Positions 1 to 10,557 are shown, numbered from the stretch's first letter. The stretch: DNA of 64,000 nucleotides from Chiloscyllium plagiosum (GCF_004010195.1 NC_057752.1:1-64000); one strand, 5' to 3'. A program made the numbers and translations. The notes: generated by a model from the letters alone, not told the origin.

Positions 1-1178
1 TGAGGGCAGAGTGGTAGATGTGATCTATATGGACTTCAGTAAGGCGCTCGACAAGGTTCCCCATGGGAGACTGGTGAGCAAGGTTAGATCTCATGGAGTA
101 CAGGGAGAACTTGCCATATCGATACAGAACTGGCTCAAAGATAGAAGACAGAGGGTGGTGGTGGAGGGTTGTTTTTCAGACTGGAGGCCTGTGACCAGTG
201 GAGTGCCACAAGGATTGGTGCTGGGTCCACTACTTTTCATCATTTATATAAATGATTTGGACGTGAGCATAAGAGGTATAGTTAGTAAGTTTGCTGATGA
301 CACCAAAATTGGAGGTGTAGTGGACAGCGAAGAAGGTAACCTCAGATTACAACGGGATCTTGATCAGATGAGTTAGTGGGCTGAGAAGTAGTAGATGGAG
401 TTTAATTTAGATAAATGCAAGGTGCTGCATTTTGGGAAAACAAATTTTAGCAGGACTTATACACTTAATAGTAAGGTCCTAGGAAGTGTTGCTGAACAAA
501 GAGACCTTAGAATGCAGGTTCATAGCTCCTTGAAAGTAGAGTCGCAGGTAGATAGGATAGTGAAGAAGGCGTTTGGTATGCTTTCCTTTATTAAGTCAGA
601 GTATTGAGTACAGGAGTTGGGAGGTCATATTGTGGCTGTACAGGCCACTGCTGGAATATTGCGTGTAATTCTGGTCTCCTTCCTATCGGAAAGATGTTCT
701 GAAACTTGAAAGCGTTCAGAAAAGATTTATAAGGATGTTGTCAGCGTTGGATAGGCTGGGGCTGTTTTCCTTGGAGCATCAGAGGCTGAGGGGGTGACCT
801 TATCGAGGTTTACAAAATCATGAGGGGCATCGATAGGATAAATAGACAAAGTCCTTTCCCTGGGGTGGGGGAGTCCAGAACTAGAGGGCATTAGTTTAGG
901 GTGAGAGGGGAAAGACATAAAAGGGACCTAAGAGGCAACTTTTTCACTCAGAGGTGGTACATGTATGGAATGAGCTGCCAGAGGAAGTGCTGGAGGCTGG
1001 TACAATTGCAACATTTAAAAGGCATCTGGATGGGTATATGAATAGGAAGGGTTTGGAGGGATATGGGCCGGGTGCTGGCAGATGGGACTAGGTTGGGTTG
1101 GGATATCTGGTCGGCATGGACGAGTTGGACCAAAGGGTCTGTTTCTGTGCTGTACATCTCTATGATTCTATTACTCTA
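1..1178 (+). mobile_element. CR1/HER1-type LINE, 3' part (RT domain to 3' tail), decayed
   Basis: Motifs DFSKALDKVPH, GVPQG, FADDTK and MEFNLDKCKVLHFG, with stops and frameshifts; ends in the CTATGATTCTA-type tail shared by other copies here. Confidence 0.9.
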
Positions 1179-1199
1179 ACCCTTAATGAGTTGCAGGGA

Positions 1200-2789
1200 G
1201 AGACAATTTTGGAATGTGGGATTAAGGATGTACCCATGGAGAATACCACTTGAGGGAAGGCAATTGCATAGCCTCACTCAGGACATATCCTGAACAGAGG
1301 GACTCGAGGCCAGCCCACAGCAAAGCCCCAAAACAAAGCCAAGCCTCGGCCAAACGGTTAAAGTTTTCTTCAGGATTTGGGCCGGCATGCCAATGCAGTT
1401 GCTGCCGGTATGTGGATTCATAACAGCAAAAATGTCCCACTAGACCTAAACAGAACTCATAGGCCATTAGCCAGGAGACTGTACACACTAGAAAGTCCAC
1501 CTACGTCAGGTCGAGAATAGTTAAATTGCTCAGCATCATCCAAATCAGAGCCAATCAAAATAAATGTCTGGTTCAATGGTCACCCAGTTCAAATAGAGGT
1601 TGATACCAGTGTGGCCATTTTGGTGATTGCAGAACCAGTCTTAGCAAAATTCGCTCTGACTCTAAACCTTGCATAAGCCCTCGGCTAGACTGAGAACCTA
1701 TACTAGGGAACCTTTACAGATTAAGGGTACAATTTCAACTCCGGTCTTTTATGGGAAGCAGCTGGTTCAGTTACCACTAATCGTAGTAAAAGGCTCGAGT
1801 CCAAGCTCAGTGGGGGGAAATTGACTAAGAAAAATTCAGCTTGATTGGCTCCACATTCTTTGATTAGAAAATGGCTGGCTGAGTGAAGTCCTAATTAACT
1901 ACCCAGAGGTTTTTCAGGAAAGCCTAGGGACTAACAAAGGAGCCCAAGGCCATCTGGCATGTTGACCAGAGAGTAATTCCATCATTCTGCAAGACCTGCC
2001 CAGTGCTTTTTGCACCACGGGCAAAAGTAGAGGCAGAAATCAGAAGGCTGGAAAGCAGATGAATCATCAAACCAGTCCAGTTTGCGGAATGGACAGCACT
2101 GGTCATAACGATCTTGCAGCCTGATGGGTCAGTTTGCCTTTGTGAGGTTTTTAAAATGATAAGCAGCTTTTCACAGCTGAATAAATACCCAATTCCTTGC
2201 ATAGGATTTATATACAAAGCTGATGCTGGGTGGGGGTGCTGTCCTTCATGAGCCATGTGCACTTATAATCGTGGTTAAATGAGAATTCCAAGAAGTATGC
2301 TACTTCTTGGGTTAATCATTAGAGTTTGTAGCAATATACAAGACTGTCATTTGGGATATTGTCAGCCTGTGCAATTTTCCAGCTGGCAATAGGGAATATT
2401 TTACAAGGTCTACCCTAGGTTGCTATTTATCTAAATGACGTGCTAATAACTGGGAAGATCAATAAGGAGCACTTAGAGAACATGGACGTCATCCTTCGAC
2501 ATTTCTCCCAGGCATATGCCTTAGAAGGAAAAATGTGTGTTCCAGGCACATAAGTGACTATAGAACTGACAAGACCGGGTTACACGTATTAGAAGATAAA
2601 GTGAGGGTAATCAAAGGTGTCCCAGCTCCCAAGTCTTTACCGGCACTTAAGACTTTCCTTGGGCTGGTGAATTATTACGAAAAGTACATAATCTGGCCTC
2701 TATCCTGGCACCTTTGCATCAACTGTTAAAGGATCAGTCTTCAAAATGGCCACGTAGTCAAGCCACCACTTTCAGGGAAATGAAGAAAC
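1200..2789 (+). mobile_element. Gypsy LTR-retrotransposon pol relic, 5' half (protease and RT)
   Basis: VWFNGHPVQIEVDTS (protease-like) near 1565-1610; VAIYLNDVLITG (YLDD-like) near 2420-2455; LKTFLGLVNYY at 2646-2680. Left boundary approximate. Confidence 0.8.
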
Positions 2790-3008
2790 TTTTTTTTTTC
2801 AAAAATATACTTTATTAATAAAATAATTTGATGGTCTGTACAGTTGGTCATGCCATACTTATGTAAACATGTACATACAGAGATCAGAATTTATCATTTT
2901 TATACAGGTCTGTACATTTTTCAATCATATGCCCATACAAATAGCTGAGGCGTCAGCAGAGCCCAAATGACTGCATGGGCCCCCTGTTCTTCGTTAGGCA
3001 GGCAGACT

Positions 3009-3329
3009 TTACACAGTGGTCTTTCCCCACCGCGCCTTGGCGGCAGCTGCCCCAAGCTTCAGCGCATCCCTCAACACGTAGTCCTGGACCTTGGAATGTG
3101 CCAGTCTGCAACACTCAGTCGGGGTCAACTCCTTCAGCTGGAAGATCAGCAGGTTTCGGACCACCCAGAGAGCGCCCTTCACCGAGTTGATGATCCTCCA
3201 GGCACAGTTGATGTTCGTCTTGGTGTGCGTCCCGGGGAACAGGCCGTAGAGCACGGAGTCCCGCGCCACGGCGCTGCTCGGGACGAACCTCGACAAACAC
3301 CACTGCATTCCTCTCCAGACTTCCTCTGC
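3009..3329 (-). pseudogene. C-terminal fragment of Tx1/L1-clade ORF2
   Basis: AEEVWRGMQWCLSRF...CAWRIINSVKGALWVVRNLLIFQ...ARWGKTTV* resembles the region after the CCHC motif of Tx1-type ORF2; followed by a 3' UTR and poly(A). Confidence 0.75.
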
Positions 3330-3702
3330 TTTTTTCAACACAAACGCACAAAAGCACTTTGTGCTCACTGCAACCAAATGAAGTCTTCTATCAGTCAGGC
3401 GGGGCCCTGCGACGTCACCTCACGCTCGTGGTGGCTGCGCCAAGGTTGAAGTCATTTCGACCTCCAATCAGCAATTCCCATCTCCTCAGCACGTCTTTCC
3501 TCGTCCATGTGGCCTACCGCCTCGCCTGAGTCCACCAGCTGCCGCTGCTGCTCCTCCGACAGGTTGGTTGTTTCATCGAGACTGGCATCAGCAATGTTTG
3601 GTCTCAGCCGTCCGACGGATGAAACGATTTCCTGCACATCCCGGAGCGTGAGTGCTCAGGATCCACTGCGGAAGTAGTGAAAGCAGGGCCTGCTGGTCAA
3701 TG

Positions 3703-3775
3703 GGGGGATTAGCTCAAATGGTAGAGCGCTCGCTTTGCATGCGAGAGGTAGCGGGATCGATGCCCGCATTCTCCA
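3703..3775 (+). tRNA. tRNA-Ala(TGC)
   Basis: 73-nt cloverleaf GGGGGATTAGCTCAAATGGTAGAGC...GATCGATGCCCGCATTCTCCA; anticodon loop TT-TGC-AT; G3:U70 Ala determinant; T-run terminator just downstream. Confidence 0.92.
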
Positions 3776-4329
3776 CTTATTTTTAAAAACGGCAAGTGCA
3801 ACCTCTCACTCGGCTGGTCTGCAGCAGCCGGAACACCGTTTGCGTACGCCGCCTCCCTGAGAGTGGTCCCGAAAGATCAAAAGCTTCACGCGTGAGCGAC
3901 AGGCCGGTCCAGCGTAGGAAGAAAGTCGAGCTGCGCGGCGAAGGCAAACGCCAGCGGCGTTGACGTTTTTATCTCTGCGGGTGAAAGTCAGCTCCTTGAA
4001 AGGATCACACCGGCGGTGGGTGAGCTGCCTGAGGTCAGCGGGCACGTCCTGGACGTGTTGGGAGGCAACTTGAACCAGTCGGTAAGTTGCGGCCCAAACC
4101 CTAACCTGACATGTACATGAAGCTGCGAGTCAGGTACTGTACCGGCAGAATCTGGCAGTTTCGGATCAGCACTCAAGACGATTTCTTCATGCCAGCACTG
4201 GCCGAAGCTGTGGAGATCAGCCAGTGGCTCAGGATCTCCCAGAGTGACAGATTTTCAGGGAGACAATGGCGTGACATTAGTGGAGGTGCGCAGCAAAGCA
4301 TCAGCAAGGGAGAGGCACTGCTGGGCCCT

Positions 4330-4409
4330 CCTTCGATAGCTCAGCTGGTAGAGCGGAGGACTGTAGTCTGTCGCAAATCTGTCATTCCTTAGATCGCCGG
4401 CTCGAAGGG
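4330..4409 (+). pseudogene. tRNA-Tyr(GTA) pseudogene with intron, T-loop/B-box deleted
   Basis: Canonical 5' half CCTTCGATAGCTCAGCTGGTAGAGCGGAGGACTGTAG, then a ~17-18 nt intron, then TCCTTAGATCG-CCGGCTCGAAGG with no GTTCRA loop. Confidence 0.85.
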
Positions 4410-4956
4410 GCCTCAGCTGCTTTTTGGAAAGAGTGCGCATTCACCAGCACGCGGGCCACAGCAACACAGATGAGCTGAAAACGCGACAACGCTTTCAGGA
4501 CGCATCGGCACACACCCTTGCCCCTCTGCAACCAGTCAGCTGTCCCCCTGCCGCGGCTGCAGCTGACGGCCAGCAGGGTGCCCTGTTTTCAACCCCAACA
4601 CACAAAAGCGCTTTGTGCTCACTGCAACCAAATGAAGTCTTCTATCAGTCAGGCGGGGCCACCCGACGTCACCTCACGCTCGTGGTGGCTGCGCCAAGGT
4701 TGAAGTCGTTTTGACCTCCAGTCAGCAATTGCCATCTCCCCAGCACTTCTTTCCTCGTCCATGTGGCCTTCCGCCTCGCCTGAGTCCACCAGCTGCCGCT
4801 GCTGCTCCACCGACAAGTTGGCCGTTTCACCGAGACCGGCATCAGCAATGTTTGGTCTCAGCCGTCCGACAGATGAGAGGATTTCCTGCACATCCCGGAG
4901 CGTGAGTGCTCAGGATCCACTGCGGAAGTAGTGAAAGCAGGGCCTGCTGGTCGATG

Positions 4957-5029
4957 GGGGGATTAGCTCAAATGGTAGAGCGCTCGCTTTGCATGCGAGA
5001 GGTAGCGGGATCGATGCCCGCATTCTCCA
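4957..5029 (+). tRNA. tRNA-Ala(TGC)
   Basis: Identical to 3703-3775; followed by TTTT. Confidence 0.92.
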
Positions 5030-5582
5030 CATGCTTTTAAAACGGCAAGTGCAACCTCTCACTCGGCTGGTCTGCAGCAGCCGGAATACCGTTTGCGTAC
5101 GCCGCCTCCCTGAGAGTGGTCCCGAAAGATCAAAAGCTTCACGCGTGAGCGACAGGCCGGTCCAGCGTAGGAAGAAAGTCGAGCTGCGCGGCGAAGGCAA
5201 ACGCCAGCGGCGTTGACGTTTTTATCTCTGCGGGTGAAAGTCAGCTCCTTGAAAGGATCACACCGGCGGTGGGTGAGCTGCCTGAGGTCAGCGGGCACGT
5301 CCTGGACGTGTTGGGAGGCAACTTGAACCAGACGGTAAGTTGCGGCCCAAACCCTAACCTGACGTGTACATGAAGCTGCGAGTCAGGTACTGTACCGGTA
5401 GAATCTGGCAGTTTCGGATGAGCACTCAAGACGATTTCTTCATGCCAGCACTGGCCGAAGCTGTGGAGATCAGCCAGTGGCTCAGGATCTCCCAGAGTGA
5501 CAGATTTTCAGGGAGACAACAGCGTGACATGAGTGGAGGAGCGCGGCAAAGCATCAGCAAGGGACAGCCACTGCTGGGTTCT

Positions 5583-5662
5583 CCTTCGATAGCTCAGCTG
5601 GTAGAGCGGAGGACTGTAGTCTGTCGCAAATCTGTCATTCCTTAGATCGCCGGCTCGAAGGG
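5583..5662 (+). pseudogene. tRNA-Tyr(GTA) pseudogene with intron, T-loop/B-box deleted
   Basis: Same sequence and same deletion as 4330-4409. Confidence 0.85.
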
Positions 5663-6209
5663 GCCTCAGCTGCTTTTTGGAAAGAGTGCGCATTCACCAG
5701 CACGCGGGCCACAGCAACACAGATGAGCTGAAAACGCGACAACGCTTTCAGGACGCATCGGCACACACCCTTGCCCCTCTGCAACCAGTCAGCTGTCTCC
5801 CTGCCGCGGCTGCAGCTGACGGCCAGCAGGGTGCCCTTTTTTCAACCCCAACACACAAAAGCGCTTTGTGCTCACTGCAACCAAATGAAGTCTTCTATCA
5901 GTCAGGCGGGGCCCTGCGACGTCACCTCACGCTCGTGGTGGCTGCGCCAAGGTTGAAGTCGTTTCGACCTCCAGTCAGCAATTGCCATCTCCCCAGCACT
6001 TCTTTCCTCGTCCATGTGTCGTCCCGCCCCGCCTGAGTCCACCAGCTGCCGCTGCTGCACCTCCGACAAGTTGGTCGTTTCACCGAGACCGGCATCAGCA
6101 ATGTTTGGTCCCAGCCGTCCGACGGATGAGAGAATTCCCTGCACATCCCGGAGCGTGGCTGCTTAGGATCCACTGCCGAAGGAGTGAAGTCAGGGCTGGC
6201 TGTCCAACT

Positions 6210-6282
6210 GGGGGATTAGCACAAATGGTAGAGCGCTCGCTTTGCATGCGAGAGGTAGCGGGATCGATGCCCGCATTCTCCA
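6210..6282 (+). tRNA. tRNA-Ala(TGC), D-stem variant
   Basis: Matches the other copies except GCTC>GCAC, a mismatch in the D-stem/A-box. Confidence 0.8.
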
Positions 6283-6430
6283 CATGCTTTTAAAACGGCA
6301 AGTGCAACCTCTCACTCGGCTGGTCTGCAGCAGCCGGAATACCGTTTGCGTACGCCGCCTCCCTGAGAGTGGTCCCGAAAGATCAAAAGCTTCACGCGTG
6401 AGCGACAGGCCGGTCCAGCGTAGGAAGAAA

Positions 6431-6574
6431 GTCTTCGAACCCGCAGCACTCCAGCAAAATCTTCTTCACAAACACTGTCCGATCGACCGGTGTGTGCTCC
6501 TCCACCTTCTTCACAGTCACCCTGACTGTGTTGGGAATGCCCTGGCCAGGGCTGCGAGCGGCTGCTGAGGCCAT
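6431..6574 (-). pseudogene. N-terminal 48 codons of Tx1-like ORF1
   Basis: MASAAARSPGQGIPNTVRVTVKKVEEHTPVDRTVFVKKILLECCGFED follows a ~240-nt leader and stops abruptly at the tRNA array. Confidence 0.65.
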
Positions 6575-6810
6575 AGCTCTGAGGTTGGCTGGTACCTGAA
6601 TTGGCGTTCGGCCGAAGCCAGCATAAAGATCCACCAAGAGCAGGTCAGCACAACCAAACGATCCTCCAACGTCCAATCACAATCCAGCAATGGTCTCCAG
6701 CCGCTCCGACGACTCGCAATACGATCCCCGTGGTTTCTCCCCCGCCAGCACACGTCCGCTGCGTCGAACCGACAGCACTCGAGCAGAATCTCTTCCTCTG
6801 GTCCTCAGGA

Positions 6811-6847
6811 ACTACACATATTCCGAGCCAAAAGGCCGAGAAGCGAT
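6811..6847 (-). ncRNA. U2 snRNA 5' fragment (nt 1-37) forming the head of the insertion
   Basis: Minus strand ATCGCTTCTCGGCCTTTTGGCTcgGAatAtGTGTAGT versus vertebrate U2 ATCGCTTCTCGGCCTTTTGGCTAAGATCAAGTGTAGT: first 22 nt exact, 32/37 identical, no gaps. Confidence 0.9.
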
Positions 6848-7372
6848 GAAGAAACAGCTATCATCATCAAAGGTGTTGGTGTACTGTGATCCCAAGCAAG
6901 ATCTGGTATTGACATGCAATGCTTCCCCATACGCCATTGGGATCTATTAGCTCATAGGTGGCCCAATGGAGAGAAACGCCCACTAGCAGAAGTCCTGGAT
7001 GCGCACGATAATGCAAAGCATAAATATGCCCAGATACAGAAGGTAGGTTTGGCAATCATATTTGGAGTCAGGAAGTTCTACCAATACCTTTACAGATGTA
7101 AATTTGTAATAATGAACCACAAACCCCTGCTAGACGACAAGACAGTGCCGCCCATAGCTTCAGGCCACATTCAGCGGTGGACTCTAATACAAAGTGAGTA
7201 TAATTACAAGTTGGATTGCTGTCTGGAAGGCAAAGTAGCAAATGCAAGTGCATTGAGTCACTGCCCAGTGGGGACACTTCCAGTCACAGCTGACAATATC
7301 AGACTTTGGACACAGAGATCTGGTCCTGGCAAAACTGAAACAGCTGGTGGAGATGGGGGAAACCAAAGGGCT
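6846..7372 (+). mobile_element. Gypsy pol relic, 3' continuation (RNase H region)
   Basis: MKKQLSSSKVLVYCDPKQDLVLTCNASPYAIG, KYAQIQKVGLAIIFGVRKFYQYL and NHKPL. Confidence 0.85.
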
Positions 7373-8264
7373 GATAGTAAATATGAGGGAAGAAAGGAAG
7401 CACCAGTTAAGTGTTGATGGTTGCAATTCTACTTCATCTGACACTAAAGCAATTTTGCTTCATCTTTTTAATCCTTTTGTGGCAGCCACTGCTTACGCTG
7501 GGGCCTGAAGTGGACATTATGCTCGTTTTAAGGCAGCAAATGGGGAATGTCTGTAAAATGTTCCAACCCCATGTCGGACAGCTTTCAAGCAGCCTTTGGA
7601 CATTGGCTGTCATTGCACACATTTTCAACCGAAGGTCCAATATCTTTCTGTCTGGATTGCTCAGCAACACCTGTAGAGTGCAGGTAGATATTGATCCTTG
7701 GGAGAGTATAATCCTTCTGAAATTTTAAACAAGCCAATCTGATTAAAGACTACAGCAGGTAGGCTGAAATGTGGAGTTGTAGCCACAATCAGATCAGCCT
7801 TATTAAATAGTAGAGCATATTTGAGGGGCCTGCTTCTAATTTGCATGTTTCTTTTTAATATGTTGGGATCTTGACTGGACAACTTTTTAAAAGGATGAAA
7901 TTCACATCATTCATCCTTCTCCCCTGTGCTTGCAGAAGTAGATTAACAAGTTAGTCCAGCAAGACCTCAATCTTAAAATTCACGTGTGCTTTCAAATGCT
8001 TGCACCCTTCTCTGTCTGTAACCTTTTCCAGCCTCACAACATCTTCCAAATCTGTAGCTCTTCTGATTCTAGCCTCTTTAACATGCACTCACATACAGAC
8101 TTGTTCCTTTGTTTCCAAAAATAAACTTTTTTGTAAAATACTCAAACAAACGTTATAAACGTTTCAACTTGAATTACAACATTTACAAGAAAATTCATCT
8201 TCTTGCTGTACAGCACCTTCCATGCACAAGACAATTGTCATAGACACAATTGTCATAGACTAAG

Positions 8265-9965
8265 ACATTTAGTTGTACAGCATGGATACAGACCCTTCAG
8301 CCAACTCATCCATGCTAACCAGATATCCTAAATAAATCTAGTCCCATTTGCCAGCAGTTGGCCCACATCCCTCTAAATCCTTCATTTTCATATACCCATC
8401 CAGATGCCTTTTAAATGTTGTAATTGTACCAGTCTCCACCACTTCCTCTGACAGCTCATTCCATACACGCACCACCCTCTGTGTGAAAATGTTGCCCTTT
8501 AGGTCCCTTCTAAGTCTTTCCCCTCTCACCTTGAACCTGAGCCTTCCAGTTTTGGTCTCCCCTACCCTGGGGAAAAAATCTTGGCTATTCACCCTATCCA
8601 TGTCCCTCATGATTTTATAAACCTTTGTAAGGTCAACCCTCAACCTCCAATGCTCCAGGGAAAAAAGCCCCAGCCTAAAGTCATAGTCTCATACAGCATG
8701 GAAACAGATCCTTCGCTCCATCCAGTTCATGTTGACCATGGTCCCAAATTAAACTAATCCCACCTGCCTGCACTCGGCCATTATCCCTCCAAACATTTCC
8801 TATTCATGAACTTATTCAAATGTCTTTTAAACATTGTAACTGTACCTGCATCCACCACTCCCTCTGGCAGTTCAATTCACACAACTGTCTGTGTCAGAAA
8901 AAATGCCACTCATGTCATTTTTAATTGCCAGAGGATGTGGTGGAGGCTGGTACAATTGCAACATTTAAGAGGCATTTGGATTGGTATGTGAATAGGAAGG
9001 GTTTGGAGGGATATGGGCCAGGTGCTGGCAGGTGGGACTAGATTGGGTTGGGATAATTGGTCGGCATGGACGGGTTGGACCAAAAGGGTCTGTACATCCC
9101 TATGATTCTAATTTTAAAAATATGCCCCTGAGTTTTGAATTCCCCCACCCTCGGGAAAACACCCCTGTCATTCACTTTATGATTAGATTAGATTTGCTAC
9201 AGTGTGGAAACCGACCCTCTGAAGAGTAACCCAACCAGACCCATTTCCCTCTGACTAATGTATCTGACACTATGGGCAATTTAGCATGACCAATTCACCT
9301 AACCTGCACATCTTTGGATTGTGGGAGGAATCCGGAGCACCCGGAGGAAACCCACGCAGACACGGGGAGAATGTGCAAACTCCACACACGCAGTCTCCTG
9401 AGGCTGGAATCGAACCTGGGACCCTGGCACTGTGAGGCAGAAGTGCTAACCACTGTGCCATCGTGCCGCCCATCTAAGCATCTCATGATTTTATAAACCA
9501 TAATAAGGTCATCCCTCAACCTCCTATGCTCCAGTAAAAAAGTCCTGCTTTTCCAATCTATTTTTTATATCTCATACCCTCCATTCCCCGCATCATCCTG
9601 GTAAATCTTTTCTGAACCTTCTTCAGTTTAATAATATTCTTCCTATAACCAGGCAACCAGAACTGTACACAGTACTCCAGAAGAGGGCTCTCAACATGCT
9701 GCATGACCTCAACATGAAGTCCTGTACTCAAAGGTCTAAGCAAGGAATAGAATAATCTATTCAGCCTCTCCCTACAGCTCAAACCCTCAAATCCCTAAAA
9801 CATTCTTGCAAATCTTTTCTGAACCCTTTCAAGTTTACTAACACCTTTCCTATAGCTGTGAGACCAGAATTGAACACAGTATTCCAAAAGTGGCCTCACC
9901 AATGTCCAGTATAGCCACAACATGACGTCCCAAACCCTATACTTCTCTACCTGGGAAAATGACCT
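8265..9965 (-). mobile_element. Cluster of nested CR1/HER1 3' fragments, mostly minus; a short plus fragment at ~8925-9110
   Basis: ORF 8338-8643 GNIFTQRVVRVWNELSEEVVE; LEYCVQFW near 9660. Confidence 0.8.
9181..9470 (-). mobile_element. HE1-type tRNA-derived SINE
   Basis: On minus: GGGCGGCACGATGGCACAGTGGTTAGCAC (A box), GGTTCGATTCC (B box), TGTGGAGTTTGCACATTCTCCCCGTGTCTGCGTGGG core, (TAATC)n tail. Confidence 0.85.
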
Positions 9966-9983
9966 TGGTTATTACTGCAAAGA

Positions 9984-10160
9984 GGAGAAAGTGAGGACTG
10001 CAGATGCTGGAGATTAGAGTCCAGAGTGTGGTGCTGGAAGAGCACAGCAGGCCAGGCAACATTTGAGGAACAGGAAAATCATCATTTTGGGCGTAAGCTC
10101 TTCATCAGGAATAAGGCTTGTGGGTCTGGACTAAGAGATAAATGGGAGGTGCAGGGTCCT
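9984..10160. mobile_element. Penelope-like terminal-repeat fragment
   Basis: GAGAAAGTGAGGACTGCAGATGCTGGAG motif, the same terminus as the GIY-YIG element at 16399-17362. Confidence 0.6.
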
Positions 10161-10369
10161 GAAGTGGAATATGAGGAGAAATACGGAACATTAATACTGA
10201 TTTCTCTTCACAGATGCTGCCAGATCCGCTGAGCTTTTTCAGCAATTTCTGCTTTTGTTCTATACTCAATGCACTGACCAATGAAGGCAAGACAATAATT
10301 ACAAAATATATTCTATGTCAGGTAGAAGTCCCAGGGAAAAAGCATCTCAAATTGGCCATTACATAAAGG

Positions 10370-10557
10370 AGAAAGTGAGGACTGCAGATGCTGGAGATCA
10401 GAGCTGAAAATGTGTTGCTGGAAAAGCGCAGCAGGTCAGGCAGCATCAAAGGAGCAGGAGAATCGACGTTTCGGGCATGAGCCTGAAGAAGGGCTCATGC
10501 CAGAAACGTCGATTCTCCTGCTCCTTGGATGCTGCATGACCTGCTGCGCTTTTCCAG
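10370..10557. mobile_element. Short fold-back Penelope-derived element with hammerhead-like core
   Basis: Internal inverted repeat; CTGAAGA...GAAACGTC at 10483-10510; TSD CATTACATAAAGG at 10357-10369 and 10558-10570. Confidence 0.75.

Larger units (their letters stand above)
3330..6433 (+). repeat. Tandem array, about 2.5 units of ~1,253 bp, each full unit with a tRNA-Ala and a tRNA-Tyr-like gene
   Basis: tRNA-Ala starts at 3703, 4957 and 6210 (spacing 1254, 1253); tRNA-Tyr-like starts at 4330 and 5583; spacers are similar but not identical; GC- and CpG-rich. Confidence 0.95.
2790..6845 (-). mobile_element. Chimeric non-LTR retroposon insertion (U2 head, Tx1/Keno-like ends, tRNA-array cargo)
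   Basis: TSD ATGAAGAAAC at 2780-2789 and 6846-6855; T10 at 2790-2799 is the poly(A) on minus; AATAAA on minus at 2811-2816; removing the insert restores the Gypsy frame TFREMKKQLSSSKVLVYCDP. Confidence 0.9.

Noticed and set aside
3440..4080. GDFN-like strings (LIGGRNDFN on minus, VLGGNLN on plus) suggesting an endonuclease in the array spacer
   Set aside because: They lie on opposite strands with no other aligned motifs; likely chance.
3330..6433. Repeated short ORFs in the tandem array as real genes
   Set aside because: They overlap tRNA genes, differ in stops and frames between units, and show no recognisable domain.
6811..6847. A functional U2 snRNA gene
   Set aside because: Only nt 1-37 are present; there is no Sm site or 3' stems, and the upstream sequence is Gypsy pol rather than an snRNA promoter.
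9181..9470. tRNA-like A/B boxes as a tRNA gene (also at 27237 and 32393)
   Set aside because: These are SINE heads followed by the SINE core and tail, with no full cloverleaf.
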